Origin: an uncultured Candidatus Rokubacteria bacterium
GTDB taxonomy: Bacteria > Methylomirabilota > Methylomirabilia > Rokubacteriales > DASRDR01
Direction of reading: 5' to 3'
Length of the DNA stretch: 64,000 bases
NCBI GenBank assembly: GCA_963805625.1
Contig: CAWDVE010000024.1
Coordinates: 32,001-96,000, forward strand
Positions 16,613 to 26,945 of this stretch are shown in pieces. A program made the translations under genes and the position numbers. The notes beneath the pieces were generated by a model, which saw nothing but the letters and a program-made list of their open reading frames with translations, made no database searches and was not told the origin of the DNA. Numbering within the stretch: position 1 is the first letter of the stretch; every line of letters starts with the position of its first letter.

Positions 16613-17077
16613 CTACGGAAGTTTCGGCGCGCCGCCGTCGGCGATGGTCTCTCCGTACCAGAGCCGAGAAACGCCAGCCCAGTAGGCTCCGGCCTGACAC
16701 ATCGGGCAGGCCCGGGCCGTCCCGTACATCTCGCAGCCGGAGAGGTCGCGCGTGCCGAGCCGGCGGGCGGCGTCCCGGATCGCCTGCATCTCGGCGTGGG
16801 CGGTGGGGTCGGGCGTGGTGACGACGGCGCTCACGCCTTCGCCGACGATTCGGCCGCCCCGGACGAGCACGGCGCCGTAAGGCTCGTCGCCCCGCTCGAT
16901 GGCCAGGCGGCGCAGATCGAACGCCCGGCGCATGAACGCGTCGGCCGTCGGCCGGGCAGGCTGCATGATCTCGCCGGGCGGATCGGTGGCGGCGCGGACC
17001 GGCCGGCCCGCGAGCGCGGCGACCAGGCCGGTCAGCATGGCCAGCGCGCGCCGCCGGCCGACGTGTGTGCTTCGCAT
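16613..17077 (-). CDS. zinc-dependent nucleoside/guanine deaminase family protein with Tat-like signal
   Basis: PYGAVLV, DPTAHAE and CPMC motifs; leader GRRRALAMLTGLVAALAG...VRA. Confidence 0.88.
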   Translation of the reverse strand: MRSTHVGRRRALAMLTGLVAALAGRPVRAATDPPGEIMQPARPTADAFMRRAFDLRRLAIERGDEPYGAVLVRGGRIVGEGVSAVVTTPDPTAHAEMQAIRDAARRLGTRDLSGCEMYGTARACPMCQAGAYWAGVSRLWYGETIADGGAPKLP

Positions 17078-17123
17078 GGCGTCTCCTCGATGCGGGGGGA
17101 CCGCGCGGATGCCGGCTGCCGGC

Positions 17124-18269
17124 TCAGCGACCCAGCGCGTCCTCCCGGAACCGGTAGCGGCGCACCACGGTCTCGTCCACGTTCACGCCAAGACCGGGGC
17201 CCTCGGGCGGGGCGACCCAGCCGTCCGCGTGCCCGATCGGGTTCGTCACGAGCTCGTGCTGCATCGGCGAGGGCACTGGCTTGAGCTCGAGGAGCAGTGT
17301 GTTGGACGCGGCGACGGCCAGGTGGAGCGCGGCCGCGGTGTTGAGCGCGCTGCTCCAGGAGTGCGCATTCCAGGCGCGGCCGGCCGCCGCCGCCATCTCG
17401 ATGACCCGCCAGGCCCCCGTCACGCCCTCCGCCCGACCCGGATCGATCATGATGACGTCGATGGCGCCGGACTCGATGAGGCTCCGGTAGTGTGCCGTGT
17501 GCCAGCCCTTCTCCCCCGTGCAGATGCGCGTGGCCACCGCGGCGTGAAGGCGCCGGTAGCCGTCGAGGTCGTGCTCGACCAGCGGGTCCTCGAACCAGAA
17601 CAGGCCCACGTCGCCGTCGATCTCCCGGCACATGCGGATCGCGTGACTCGCGTCCCAACCCGTGAGCGCAGCGACGTCGACGATCATGTGGATGTCCGGG
17701 CCGATCGCGTCCCGGACGGCGCGCGCGACGGCCCGGTCCCGCCGCTCGTCGCTGCCGAAGGCGATGGAGAGATCGTGGCCCCAGCCGCCCTTCACGTAGC
17801 GGTAGCCCTCGGCCACGAACCCGCGGAACTCCCGCCCGATGCGGTCGAGGTCGTGAGTGGCGAAGATGGTCGAGGCACAGGCGGGGAGCCGGTCCCGCCG
17901 CTTGCCTCCGAGCAGCCGGTAGAGCGGCACGCCGGCGGCCTTCCCGGCGATGTCCCACAGCGCCATGTCGATCGCACTGATGCCGAACGTGACCAGCCCG
18001 CCGTTGCCGTCCCAGTAGGTCGCGTCGCGGAGCCGGCTCCAGACGCCCGCGACGTCGCGCGGGTCCCCGCCCACGACCAGGGGCGCCAGGCGGCGTTCGA
18101 CGACGAAGGCCACCGCCAGGGACGTCTCCTGGCCGCCCGTGATGGCCTCCCCCCAGCCCACCAGCCCGTCGTCGGTCTCGACGCGGACGAGCGTCAGCGC
18201 GCGGATCTTGCCGTCATTGTTCGGTTCCGGGTAACGAACGGCGAACGCCTCGACGCGGCCGACTCGCAT
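17124..18269 (-). CDS. mandelate racemase / muconate lactonizing enzyme family protein
   Basis: VETDDGLVGWGE, SAIDMALWDIAGK, WFEDP, TGE and PEGPGLGV. Confidence 0.92.
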   Translation of the reverse strand: MRVGRVEAFAVRYPEPNNDGKIRALTLVRVETDDGLVGWGEAITGGQETSLAVAFVVERRLAPLVVGGDPRDVAGVWSRLRDATYWDGNGGLVTFGISAIDMALWDIAGKAAGVPLYRLLGGKRRDRLPACASTIFATHDLDRIGREFRGFVAEGYRYVKGGWGHDLSIAFGSDERRDRAVARAVRDAIGPDIHMIVDVAALTGWDASHAIRMCREIDGDVGLFWFEDPLVEHDLDGYRRLHAAVATRICTGEKGWHTAHYRSLIESGAIDVIMIDPGRAEGVTGAWRVIEMAAAAGRAWNAHSWSSALNTAAALHLAVAASNTLLLELKPVPSPMQHELVTNPIGHADGWVAPPEGPGLGVNVDETVVRRYRFREDALGR

Positions 18270-18527
18270 GAAGCCTCCCTCGGTGTCGAGCGCGGCCGCC
18301 CGGCGGCTCGCTCCGCGACCGGCTGATTCTACCTCGCCGGCGCTCTCTCCAGCGGCACGCGGTCTTGACACCACCACGGACGAACGTCGCGAGCATGTGC
18401 GCCCGGTCGTCCCGCTTTGGCACCGAGAAATGATGGACCCGATGGCGTCCCAGCCGGACGACGCGTTCCTCGACGTCTCGGGGATCCTGGGCCGGGAGGA
18501 CGCCGGCGAGCGGCGCGAAGCGCCGCG

Positions 18528-19064
18528 TCAGCCGCAGACCAGGCGGCCGTCGTCGTTCCGGATCGGGCTCTTGCAGCGCGTGACGTCGATCTCCGTGTCC
18601 CGCCATTCGCCGTTCCGGCGCCGGCAGCGCGCCTCCAGGCGGCGGTTCTCGAGCGAGAAGTCCCGGCAGCTCTCGCGGTAGCTTCCCGCGGGCAAGCGCG
18701 TGATCTCCTGTCGCCGGCACTCCAGCCGGCCGTTGTTGTTCACGATCCCGCGGTCGCACTCGCGAAGGTCGAGGCGGGTGTCACGCCACCGACCGTCGAG
18801 CCGCTGGCACTCGGCCTCGAGGCGGTGGCGATCGCGATCGACGCGCATGTCACGACAGCTCTCGGTGTAGCTTCCCGAAGGGAGCGAGCCCCGGTACTCG
18901 ACGCGGTCTCCGCCGGACGTGCCGCTGTAGCCGCCGCCGGCTCCCGGGTAGTAGGAGGGGGAGGAGGAGCTGTCGCCGTCCGGCATCGGGAAGATGCAGC
19001 CCGTCAGGAAGAGCAGGATGCCCCAGCCGGCCAGCATCCGCCTCGAGGCTCCGGCGATCGACAT
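18528..19064 (-). CDS. lipoprotein with tandem cyanovirin-N-homology (CVNH) repeats
   Basis: Lipobox LTG-C; Ser/Gly linker; two repeats of GSYxESCRD...LEAxC...GxWRDT...NxxGRLxC. Confidence 0.85.
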   Translation of the reverse strand: MSIAGASRRMLAGWGILLFLTGCIFPMPDGDSSSSPSYYPGAGGGYSGTSGGDRVEYRGSLPSGSYTESCRDMRVDRDRHRLEAECQRLDGRWRDTRLDLRECDRGIVNNNGRLECRRQEITRLPAGSYRESCRDFSLENRRLEARCRRRNGEWRDTEIDVTRCKSPIRNDDGRLVCG

Positions 19065-19128
19065 GCCTCCCTCCGCTCCGTGACGGTCCGCGGTTCGACG
19101 CCGCGTGGCGATCCCCGGCCGCCTGGTC

Positions 19129-19962
19129 CTAGTCCTCGCACCCCTCCCGCGCGTCGCGGAATAGCCCGACGAGTCGGTCCACCACCGCCGGCCGGCCGAA
19201 GACGGCGCTCAGGAGGCGGCCCTCGGGCGCCGGGAAGTCACGGACGACGGCGTAGCGGCCGCCGGCCTCCTCGGCCAGCACCTGGCTCGGGGCGAGGTCC
19301 CAGACGTGGTTGTGCATGTCCACCATGGCGTCGGCGGCGCCTGTCACGGCAGCGGTGTGGGCATAGGCCGCCCGATAGATCCGGTGGTTCGGGTAGGCGC
19401 GGGTGAGGCGCTCGAAGAGGGGGCCCTCGTCGACGTGGCGGCTGAAGTTGACCCGGGCGCTCAGCACGAGCCGCACTTCCTCGGGCCGCGCGCTCGCCGG
19501 CGTGGCGTCGAGCCGGACCCGGCGGCCGTTCCGGTGCGTCCCCAGGCCGACGCCGGCGTTCACGCGGATGTCGAGCGCCGGGTGATCGATGACGCCGACC
19601 AGCGGCACGCCGCGATGGTGGAGGGCGAGCATCGTCCCGAACGTCGGGATGCCGTGGACGAACTCCTCGGTCCCGTCGATCGGGTCCATGATCCACTGGA
19701 ACGCGCTCGCGGGTCGCGCCGGAGGGTATTCCTCGCCGAGCAGGCCGTGGTCCGGGAACCAGCGCTCGATCAGCTCCCGCCAGCGGCGCTCGACCGCGCG
19801 GTCGACGTCGGTGACCGGCGACCGGTCGAGCTTCGTCTCGACACGGAAGCCGTGCTCGAGGGCGGGCCGCACGATATGCCGCGCCTCGTCGGCCAGCTCC
19901 AGCGCGGCGGCGTGGTAGCGCTCGATGTCGCGGGCGGATGCCTCAGTCGACGCGACCTCCAT
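19129..19962 (-). CDS. inositol monophosphatase family, histidinol-phosphatase-like
   Basis: SPVTDVDR, LGEE, WIMDPIDGT and WDLAP motifs. Confidence 0.88.
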   Translation of the reverse strand: MEVASTEASARDIERYHAAALELADEARHIVRPALEHGFRVETKLDRSPVTDVDRAVERRWRELIERWFPDHGLLGEEYPPARPASAFQWIMDPIDGTEEFVHGIPTFGTMLALHHRGVPLVGVIDHPALDIRVNAGVGLGTHRNGRRVRLDATPASARPEEVRLVLSARVNFSRHVDEGPLFERLTRAYPNHRIYRAAYAHTAAVTGAADAMVDMHNHVWDLAPSQVLAEEAGGRYAVVRDFPAPEGRLLSAVFGRPAVVDRLVGLFRDAREGCED

Positions 19963-20031
19963 GACGCGTGATCCTAGCGCATCGAGTCCGACCCTGAAAA
20001 GGAAAGACCGCCGGGCGTCGCGCGGCGCGGT

Positions 20032-22446
20032 TCAGCCGGCGCCGGCGCGGCGCCGCAGGGTCTCGACGAGCGTCCGCACGGCGGCGTCGGCCGGGTCGAG
20101 GGCGGCGAGCTTCTCGGCGTATGCCAGCGCCCGCTTGACGTCGCCCCGCTCCGCGAGATAGGTGGCGAGCGCCGCCAGGGTGTCGCGGTCCGCCGGGCGC
20201 TGCCGGTGGGCGCCCTCGAGGACCGTGATGGCGTCGCCGACCCGCCCGGTGTCGTGGAGCGCCACGGCATAGACGTAGGCGAAGCGTGGGGAGTCGGGCC
20301 GGGCGCGCACGGCCCGGCGGAGGAGGTCGACGGCCTCGGAAAGCTGGTTCTGGCGCACGCGGAGCAGCGCCAGCGCGTGAAGCGCCTCCGCGCGATCGGG
20401 CGCCGCCCGGAGCGCCTGCTCGAGGAATCGCTCTCCGTCCGCGTCGCGGCCCTGAGCCCGCATGAGGTCGGCGAGGTTCACGAGTGCCGGGACGAACGAC
20501 GGGTCGAGCCAGAGCGCGGTCCGAAGCTCGGACTCCGCGTCGGCCACCCGGCCGAGACGCGCGTAGAGATTCGCGAGGTTGAGGTGGGATTCGGGCCGGT
20601 CGGCGTTGACCAGCTCCGACTGGACCAGCTCCGACACGACGCGATCGAGGTCGGCGCGCTGACCTTCCGCCAGCGGGGCGCCCGCGAGGGCCTGGGCCGC
20701 GGCGAGGCGAACCGCCGTCACGGGATCGCGGAGGAGGGGCGCGGCCACCGGCCCCCGCCGGTCGGGGGGCATGGCCTCGACGGCCCGGAGCGCTCCCAGG
20801 CGGACCAGCGCGTCGGGATCGCGGAGCGCGCCCTCCACCGGAGCGGCCATCGCGGGCGTCGAGAACTCCGGGAAGTGCGAGAGCGCGGTGGCCCGCACGA
20901 TCCCCGGCTGGCTCCGGTCAGCCGCGAGGGCGATCAGCGCGGGGCCGGCTTCGGGGAGCCCGCGTCGCGCGGCGTCGAGGGTCCGGGCGAAATCCGCGGT
21001 GCCCTTGCGAGTCCCGCCCCAGGCCGTGACCCGGTCGGCCGCCCACTGCGGGGAGCGGTCCCGGTGGCAGGCTGTGCAGGCGTTCGGCGTGCCCAGCGCC
21101 ACCGACAGGTCCGGCCGCGGGACGCGGAAGCTGTGATCCCGGCGCGGGTCGACCACCATGTACGTGCGCGCGGACATGTGGCAGCTGACGCAGCGGGCCG
21201 CCTCCGATTCGGGCCGATGGCGGTGGTGGCTCGCCGCGTCGAACTTTGCCGGCAGGTGACACTGGGCACAGACTGCATTGCCCGGCGCGCGCAGTGTCGT
21301 GCGATGGGGCTCGTGGCAGTCCGAGCAGGTGACCCCGGCCCGCTGCATCCGGCTCTGGACGAACGATCCCCACTCGTAGACCTCTCCCAGGATCTGGCCG
21401 TCCGCGTGATAGAGACGGGCCTCGAGGAGAGCCGGCACGTGAGTGTCGAGGAACGGCCGGCCGTACGGATGCGGGTCCACGATCGGCCGCCGGCGCGCGT
21501 GACAGCGGGCACAGACGTCGAGCTCCGCCGAGGACCGCGCGGGTCCCGTCCACTCGGCGATGCCCCGCTGGCTGTCCTTGATGGTCCACGTCCCGTCGCC
21601 CCGCCCGAGGCGCACGACGAGGCCGGTGGCGCCGGGTGTCGCTCGGGGCGCCCCGGCCGGCCGCCCCTCGGCCCAGGCGGCATGAGCCGAACCGGGGCCG
21701 TGGCACTCCTCGCACGACACCGTGAGCTCGGCCCAGGCCGTGGCGTAGCGGTTCGCGGCCAGGTCGTACCGCTTCCGGAGATCCGTCGAGTGGCACTCGG
21801 CGCACTGGAAGTTCCACGTCTGCTCACGACCCGTCCAGTGAATCGGGTCCGTGGGGCGAAGCGTCGCATCAGGGTAGAGATGGAACCACCGCTGGCCCCC
21901 CTGGGCACGCGGCCGCGTGTCCCAGGCCAGGCCGAGCGCCTGGAGCCGGCCACCCGGGAACGGCACGAGGTACTGCTGCAAGGGGTCGACACCGAAGGTG
22001 TAGGCGATCTCGAACTCGGCGGGCTTGCCGTCCGGGCCGTCGGTCCGAACGAGGAACTTGCCGTCGCGGCGGTAGAACGTCGACGTGACGCCCCGATGGG
22101 TGACGCGCGCCTGGTCGAAGTTGCCGAGGACCGTCTGGTCCGTGGCGGGCTGCATCGCGCGGGCGTGATCGGAGCCGCGGTACGCCTCCGCTTCCTTCGC
22201 GTGGCAGCCGGTGCACTTCACGCTGCCGACGAAGGTCGGGGGCGCTGCGGGCGGAGCCTTCGGGGCCTGGGCTGGCTGGTCGGCCCGCTCGCAGCCGATG
22301 GCGAGGACCAAGCTGACGAGTGTCAGAGCCAGGGCCGCGAGGCCGACGAGCCTCCGGCGCGGACGCGCGAGCCCATCGCGTCTGGCGCCCGGGCCCGCGC
22401 GGCTCACCGCTCCGCGTTCGAGAGGTCCGCTCGCTCGTGACATCAC
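20032..22446 (-). CDS. multiheme (8 CxxCH) cytochrome c with HEAT and TPR repeats
   Basis: CTGCH, CAECH, CEECH, CARCH, CSDCH, CAQCH, CVSCH, CTACH; lipobox-like AIG-C; C-terminal TPRs. Start uncertain. Confidence 0.9.
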   Translation of the reverse strand: MMSRASGPLERGAVSRAGPGARRDGLARPRRRLVGLAALALTLVSLVLAIGCERADQPAQAPKAPPAAPPTFVGSVKCTGCHAKEAEAYRGSDHARAMQPATDQTVLGNFDQARVTHRGVTSTFYRRDGKFLVRTDGPDGKPAEFEIAYTFGVDPLQQYLVPFPGGRLQALGLAWDTRPRAQGGQRWFHLYPDATLRPTDPIHWTGREQTWNFQCAECHSTDLRKRYDLAANRYATAWAELTVSCEECHGPGSAHAAWAEGRPAGAPRATPGATGLVVRLGRGDGTWTIKDSQRGIAEWTGPARSSAELDVCARCHARRRPIVDPHPYGRPFLDTHVPALLEARLYHADGQILGEVYEWGSFVQSRMQRAGVTCSDCHEPHRTTLRAPGNAVCAQCHLPAKFDAASHHRHRPESEAARCVSCHMSARTYMVVDPRRDHSFRVPRPDLSVALGTPNACTACHRDRSPQWAADRVTAWGGTRKGTADFARTLDAARRGLPEAGPALIALAADRSQPGIVRATALSHFPEFSTPAMAAPVEGALRDPDALVRLGALRAVEAMPPDRRGPVAAPLLRDPVTAVRLAAAQALAGAPLAEGQRADLDRVVSELVQSELVNADRPESHLNLANLYARLGRVADAESELRTALWLDPSFVPALVNLADLMRAQGRDADGERFLEQALRAAPDRAEALHALALLRVRQNQLSEAVDLLRRAVRARPDSPRFAYVYAVALHDTGRVGDAITVLEGAHRQRPADRDTLAALATYLAERGDVKRALAYAEKLAALDPADAAVRTLVETLRRRAGAG

Positions 22447-22639
22447 GAGGCCTCAGAGTATCAAAACGCTCGGAATGGGAGAGCGATCCTCCGCGGGCGG
22501 CCAGCCCGGCCCCGGGCGGGCGCTCCTGCCCGATGTGCGAGGGGCGACTCTGGGATGCTGTGTCAGTTTCCGAGGGCGAACGGGCATCGTCACGCGGGCC
22601 GCCGAGGGGCACCCCCCGTCCGCCTTTCCCGCGCTCTTG

Positions 22640-23169
22640 GGGCCTACTGCGGAGACGCGATGCAGGCCCACGAGCGCGGCTGCGCCGCCGCCCGGGAGAC
22701 CACCATGGTCGCCTGCGCCCGGCCGTTTCCCGTCGTCGTCACGACGAACGGCGGCTATCCGCTGGACCAGAACCTCTACCAGACGGTGAAGGGGATGTCG
22801 GCGGGCGCGCAGATCGTCCGGGACGGCGGTTACATCCTGACGGCAGCGCGCTGCAACGACGGGTTCCCCGCCCACGGGAACTTCAAGCGGCTCCTCGTCG
22901 AGCACCGCACACCGCAGGCGATCCTGGACACCGTGCTCGCGCCCGGCTTCTCGATGTTCGACCAGTGGGAGGCCCAGGTGCTGGCCATGATCCTCGTCCG
23001 CGCGCGCGGGCCTCTACAGCAACCCGCCGGATGAGCTCCGCCGGACGCCGTGGAGCCGGTGGCCGACGTGGGGGCGCGGCTCGCCGAGGAGCTTCGGCAC
23101 GCGGGGGGCGATGCTCCCGTGGCCGTGCTGCCGGAGGGGCCGATGACGATTCCCTACCTGCGAAGCTAG
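22640..23169 (+). pseudogene. larA: C-terminal remnant of a nickel-pincer lactate racemase (LarA family)
   Basis: VVTTNGGYPLDQNLYQTVKGMS, DQWEAQ and, after a frame break, VAVLPEGPMTIPYL; the N-terminal portion is absent. Confidence 0.82.
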
Positions 23170-23250
23170 GCTGGGACGCCAGGGCCCGGCGCCGGGGCAC
23201 CGCGCCTTCCGCGGTGAGCCGCCCGGCTGGCTGGTGAGCGGTGACCCCCG

Positions 23251-24138
23251 TCAGGGCCGGGGAGCCAGGAGCGCGGACGGCTCGATGTCGAGGGTGGTGA
23301 CCCGGCGGAGCTCGCGACGGTGCGTCATGTCGTCGAAGGGTCGCGCCCGGTGCATCGTCGCCCGGTTGTCCCAGATGACGAGGTCGCCGACCGCCCAGCG
23401 ATGCCGGTAGACGAACTGGGGTTGCGTCGCATGCTCCGTCAGATCGCGGAGGAGGAGCCGCCCCTCGGGAAGCGGCCAGTCGACGATCCGGGAGGCGTGC
23501 GAGGCGAGATAGAGCGACCGGCGGCGCGACCGCGGGATGACGCGCACCAGCGGGTGGACGGCCCCCTCGAGGCGACCCGCCTCTTCCGGGGAGAACTCGA
23601 AGCCGAGCGTCTGGCGCGAGTACGCGATCGAGTGATGGACGCGCAGGCCCTCGAGGCGCCTCTTCGTCTCCGTTGGCAAGGCGTCGTAGGCGGCGCGCAT
23701 GTCCGCGTACTCCGTGTCGGCCCCGACGGGCGGGACGACCTTCGCGGACAGCATCGAGTAGCGGCCCGGCGGATCCTGGAACGACGCGTCGGTATGCCAC
23801 AGGCGGTTCCCGAGCCCGTACACGCGCCGGCGGTTGTCGGATGCCGTGATGTCCCCGCGCTCGTCGAGGTTCGAGATGTCGACGAGCGCGTCGTTCCCCA
23901 GGCGATTCAGGCCCAGGGCGGCGGTTCCGGTCTTCGAGTGGAGCTGGCCGTCAAGCCGCTGCGCGAAGGCGAGCTGCTGGTCGTCGGTGAAGGGCTGGTC
24001 CCGGAACACGAGCACCGCATACGTGTCCATCCCGGCCCGGATCTCGGCCAGCGTCTCTGCGTCGTGCACCTGACGTAGATCGACCGGGCCGACCTCGGCG
24101 GCGAAGTGTGGATGCAGCGGGCGGAACTGGAGGGCCAT
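23251..24138 (-). CDS. TauD/TfdA family Fe(II)/2-oxoglutarate dioxygenase
   Basis: GNRLWHTDASF (HxD) and DLVIWDNRATMHR motifs; TfdA-like DISNLD. Confidence 0.93.
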   Translation of the reverse strand: MALQFRPLHPHFAAEVGPVDLRQVHDAETLAEIRAGMDTYAVLVFRDQPFTDDQQLAFAQRLDGQLHSKTGTAALGLNRLGNDALVDISNLDERGDITASDNRRRVYGLGNRLWHTDASFQDPPGRYSMLSAKVVPPVGADTEYADMRAAYDALPTETKRRLEGLRVHHSIAYSRQTLGFEFSPEEAGRLEGAVHPLVRVIPRSRRRSLYLASHASRIVDWPLPEGRLLLRDLTEHATQPQFVYRHRWAVGDLVIWDNRATMHRARPFDDMTHRRELRRVTTLDIEPSALLAPRP

Positions 24139-24483
24139 GCGGACATCCTCCTCCGAGCGCGCGATCGGGGGGCCGCGAGCGCCCCCGACGACCTCGCAGC
24201 TGGCCGCGGATCCCCGGGCACCGGTGTGCGCGCCCGGCCGCCGCGCCAGAGTGATCGTAGCATCGCCGGCCGGGCGCCGTCGAGGCGAGGAGCCCCGGAT
24301 CGATCACGGCCCGCGCGGTCTCGCGTCCGGGGCGCGGGCCGCCCGGCGACGGATGCCGCGTCGGGCCGGAATCGCGCCGGTCGAAGTCGCGAGGCCAGCG
24401 GGCGAGTCGTCCTTCGGGCGTCGATCCGGCGGTCATGGCATCCTGCCAGCAGAGGACCGCCTGCAGCCGAGAGGAGAACGGGC

Positions 24484-25665
24484 ATGGCTCGGTACGACTA
24501 TCTGATCGTGGGTGGCGGCATGACGGCGGATGCCGCGGCACGCGGGATCCGGGATGGGGACGCCAAGGGCTCGATCGGGATCGTCGGGGCGGACCCTCAT
24601 CCGCCGTACAATCGCCCGCCGCTGACCAAGGGTCTGTGGAAGACGGACGCGCCCGACAGCGTCTGGCGCAAGACCGAGGAGGCGCAGGTCGACCTGCACC
24701 TCGGCCGCAGGGTGGAGACGATCGATGCGGCGGGCCGGCGGGTCACGGACGATCGTGGGGCGACCTACGAGTACCGCCGGCTGCTGCTCGCCACCGGGGG
24801 CGAGCCGCGCCGCCTTCCCGACTCCCCCGACGGGGTGATCTACCTCCGGACCCTGGACGACTACCGCGCCACCCGGCAGCTCGCCGACCGAGGAGCCGGG
24901 TTCGTGGTGCTCGGTGGCGGGTTCATCGGCGCGGAGATCGCAGCGGCGCTCCGGATGCAGGGCCGCGACGTCACCATGATCGTCCCGGGGCAGGGACTCG
25001 GGACGCGGGTCTTTCCGGCCGAGCTCTCCCGTTTCCTCGTGGAGTATTACCGCGAGCGTGGCGTGAGGATAGAGGTGGGGGCGTCGGCCGAGCGGGTGGA
25101 GCGACGGGACGGGCGGTTCGTGGTGCACCTCCCGCGCAGCGGGGCGATCGTGGGCGATGCGGTGATCGCCGGCCTCGGCATCGTCCCCAGCGTCGAGCTC
25201 GCCCGTCAGGCGGGGCTCACGGTCTCGGACGGGATCGAGGTCGACGAGCGGCTTCGCACCAGCCAGCCCGAGATCTTCGCCGCCGGGGACGTGGCACAGT
25301 TTTTCAATCCCGTCCTCGGGAAGCGCATGCGAGTGGAGCACGAGGACAACGCCAACACCATGGGGAAGGTGGCGGGCCAGAACATGGCTGGGGCCGACCT
25401 CCGGTACGGGCACTTGCCTTTCTTCTACTCGGATCTCTTCGACCTTGGGTACGAGGCCGTGGGAGACGCCGACGCCCGTCACCAGACCGTCGTCGACTGG
25501 AGGGTGGAGTTTCGCGAAGGAGTGATCTACTACCTGGACGGCGGACGGGTGCGCGGTGTGCTCCTCTGGAACACGTGGGGGCAGGTCGACGCGGCGCGAG
25601 AATTGATCGCGCAGCCAGGCCCGTTCCGGGCCGAGCAGCTCAAGGGCCGGCTGCCGGCGGGCTAG
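24484..25665 (+). CDS. FAD/NAD(P)-dependent oxidoreductase (ferredoxin reductase / AIF-like)
   Basis: PYNRPPLTKGLW, GGGFIGAE, AAGDVA, RVEH and PFFYSDLFD; GAGGAG RBS. Confidence 0.92.
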   Translation: MARYDYLIVGGGMTADAAARGIRDGDAKGSIGIVGADPHPPYNRPPLTKGLWKTDAPDSVWRKTEEAQVDLHLGRRVETIDAAGRRVTDDRGATYEYRRLLLATGGEPRRLPDSPDGVIYLRTLDDYRATRQLADRGAGFVVLGGGFIGAEIAAALRMQGRDVTMIVPGQGLGTRVFPAELSRFLVEYYRERGVRIEVGASAERVERRDGRFVVHLPRSGAIVGDAVIAGLGIVPSVELARQAGLTVSDGIEVDERLRTSQPEIFAAGDVAQFFNPVLGKRMRVEHEDNANTMGKVAGQNMAGADLRYGHLPFFYSDLFDLGYEAVGDADARHQTVVDWRVEFREGVIYYLDGGRVRGVLLWNTWGQVDAARELIAQPGPFRAEQLKGRLPAG

Positions 25666-25671
25666 CCTAGC

Positions 25672-26172
25672 CTAGTACACACGGATCTCCACGGTGAGGG
25701 ATGCTTGGTCGAGCCGGAATTTCGCCTTGTCGAAGCTGGGGAACCAGAGGATCTTCCCAGAGTAATTGGAGATGCCCTTGAGCTCCGAGGAGAAGGGATT
25801 CTGGTCGATCGTTCCGTCACGATTCACGTCGTGGCCCACGATGATGGCGTACGCCCCGTAGGGGACGTCCGGGATCACGAACTCGCACTGCCCGCTCTTG
25901 ATCGGCCGCGCGCCCTTGACGATGGGGCCATCCTTCGTGGCGAAGGTCTCCTTCTTGTCGAAGAGACCGAACCGTAGCTCGCCCTGGTCGGATCGCAGCC
26001 CGACGACCTTCACCCGGATCTCGCCCCGCTCTTGGGCGAGGGTGGGAGGCGCGAGCAGGAGCGCGAGAACGATACTCACACCGAGCCCCCGGCCCGCGAC
26101 GCCTCCGATCTGACATCGTCCCCGGGTCACCGAGACCGTGCCTCCACGCGTGGGCCACGAGCCCATCCTCAC
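25672..26172 (-). CDS. DUF2141 family exported protein
   Basis: Signal-like segment ending TLA-Q; VPYGAYAIIVGHDVN...GISN...PSFDKAKF. True start is probably downstream of 26172. Confidence 0.8.
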   Translation of the reverse strand: MRMGSWPTRGGTVSVTRGRCQIGGVAGRGLGVSIVLALLLAPPTLAQERGEIRVKVVGLRSDQGELRFGLFDKKETFATKDGPIVKGARPIKSGQCEFVIPDVPYGAYAIIVGHDVNRDGTIDQNPFSSELKGISNYSGKILWFPSFDKAKFRLDQASLTVEIRVY

Positions 26173-26257
26173 CAGCCCAGTTCCAGTCTAGCCGAGGCGT
26201 GAGAGGGGAGGCGAGCGGCCGCGGCGGCGCGCCCGGGCTCTGGCGGTACAGTAGGGC

Positions 26258-26803
26258 ATGCCGCGATCGAGGAAGCCGCCTCGTACCCGGGCGCGCCGGC
26301 CGCCACTCCCCGGCGCGGCGGCACTGAGGCGTCTGATCACGGGCAACGGGCGGTTCGTCACGAGCGAGCGGCGCCGGGACGATCCGGGCCGCGCGCTGCT
26401 GGCGCGGCTGGCCAAGGGCCAGCGTCGTTCGCCACGATCCTCGGGTGCAGCGACTACCGGATTCCGCCGCAGCTCCTGTTCGACCAGGGGTTCGGGGATC
26501 TCTTCGTGGTGCTGGGGCACGGGGGCTGCGGCGCGGTGCAGGCGGCGCTCGCCTTCAAGTTCCGGGGCGCGAGGGCGCGGTCGGGCATCGAGGCGCTGCT
26601 GCGGAGCATCCTGCCGGGGCTCCGGACCGTCGCTGCCGCCCGAGGCCCAGCTCCGGGCGGTCGTGGAGGCCAACGTGCAGTGGTCCATGCACCAGCTCGC
26701 GGAGACGTCCGAGGGTCGCCGCGCCATGGCCAAGCGGCGGGCCACCCTGATCGGCGCCCTCTACGAGCTCAGCACGGGTGGCGTGCGATTCCTGGACGTG
26801 TGA
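26258..26803 (+). pseudogene. beta-carbonic anhydrase, frameshifted and internally deleted
   Basis: LITGNGRF...GQ, then ATILGCSDYRIPPQLLFDQGFGDLFV joined directly to VLGHGGCGAV (the RxAGN segment is missing), then EANV...GALYELSTGGVRFL, spread over different frames. Confidence 0.88.
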
Positions 26804-26945
26804 CGCGGCGTTTCTCTTGCTGACTCCCTCCGAGAGCCTCCGGTGTCCGGCAGCCGGGGGCGCCTTGCCGGGGCGGCGCGGGGTCCGCCTGGCCGCGCGG
26901 ATTCTGAGACGGCCGGCGAGGGTTGCCTGATACGGTGAAACTGGC

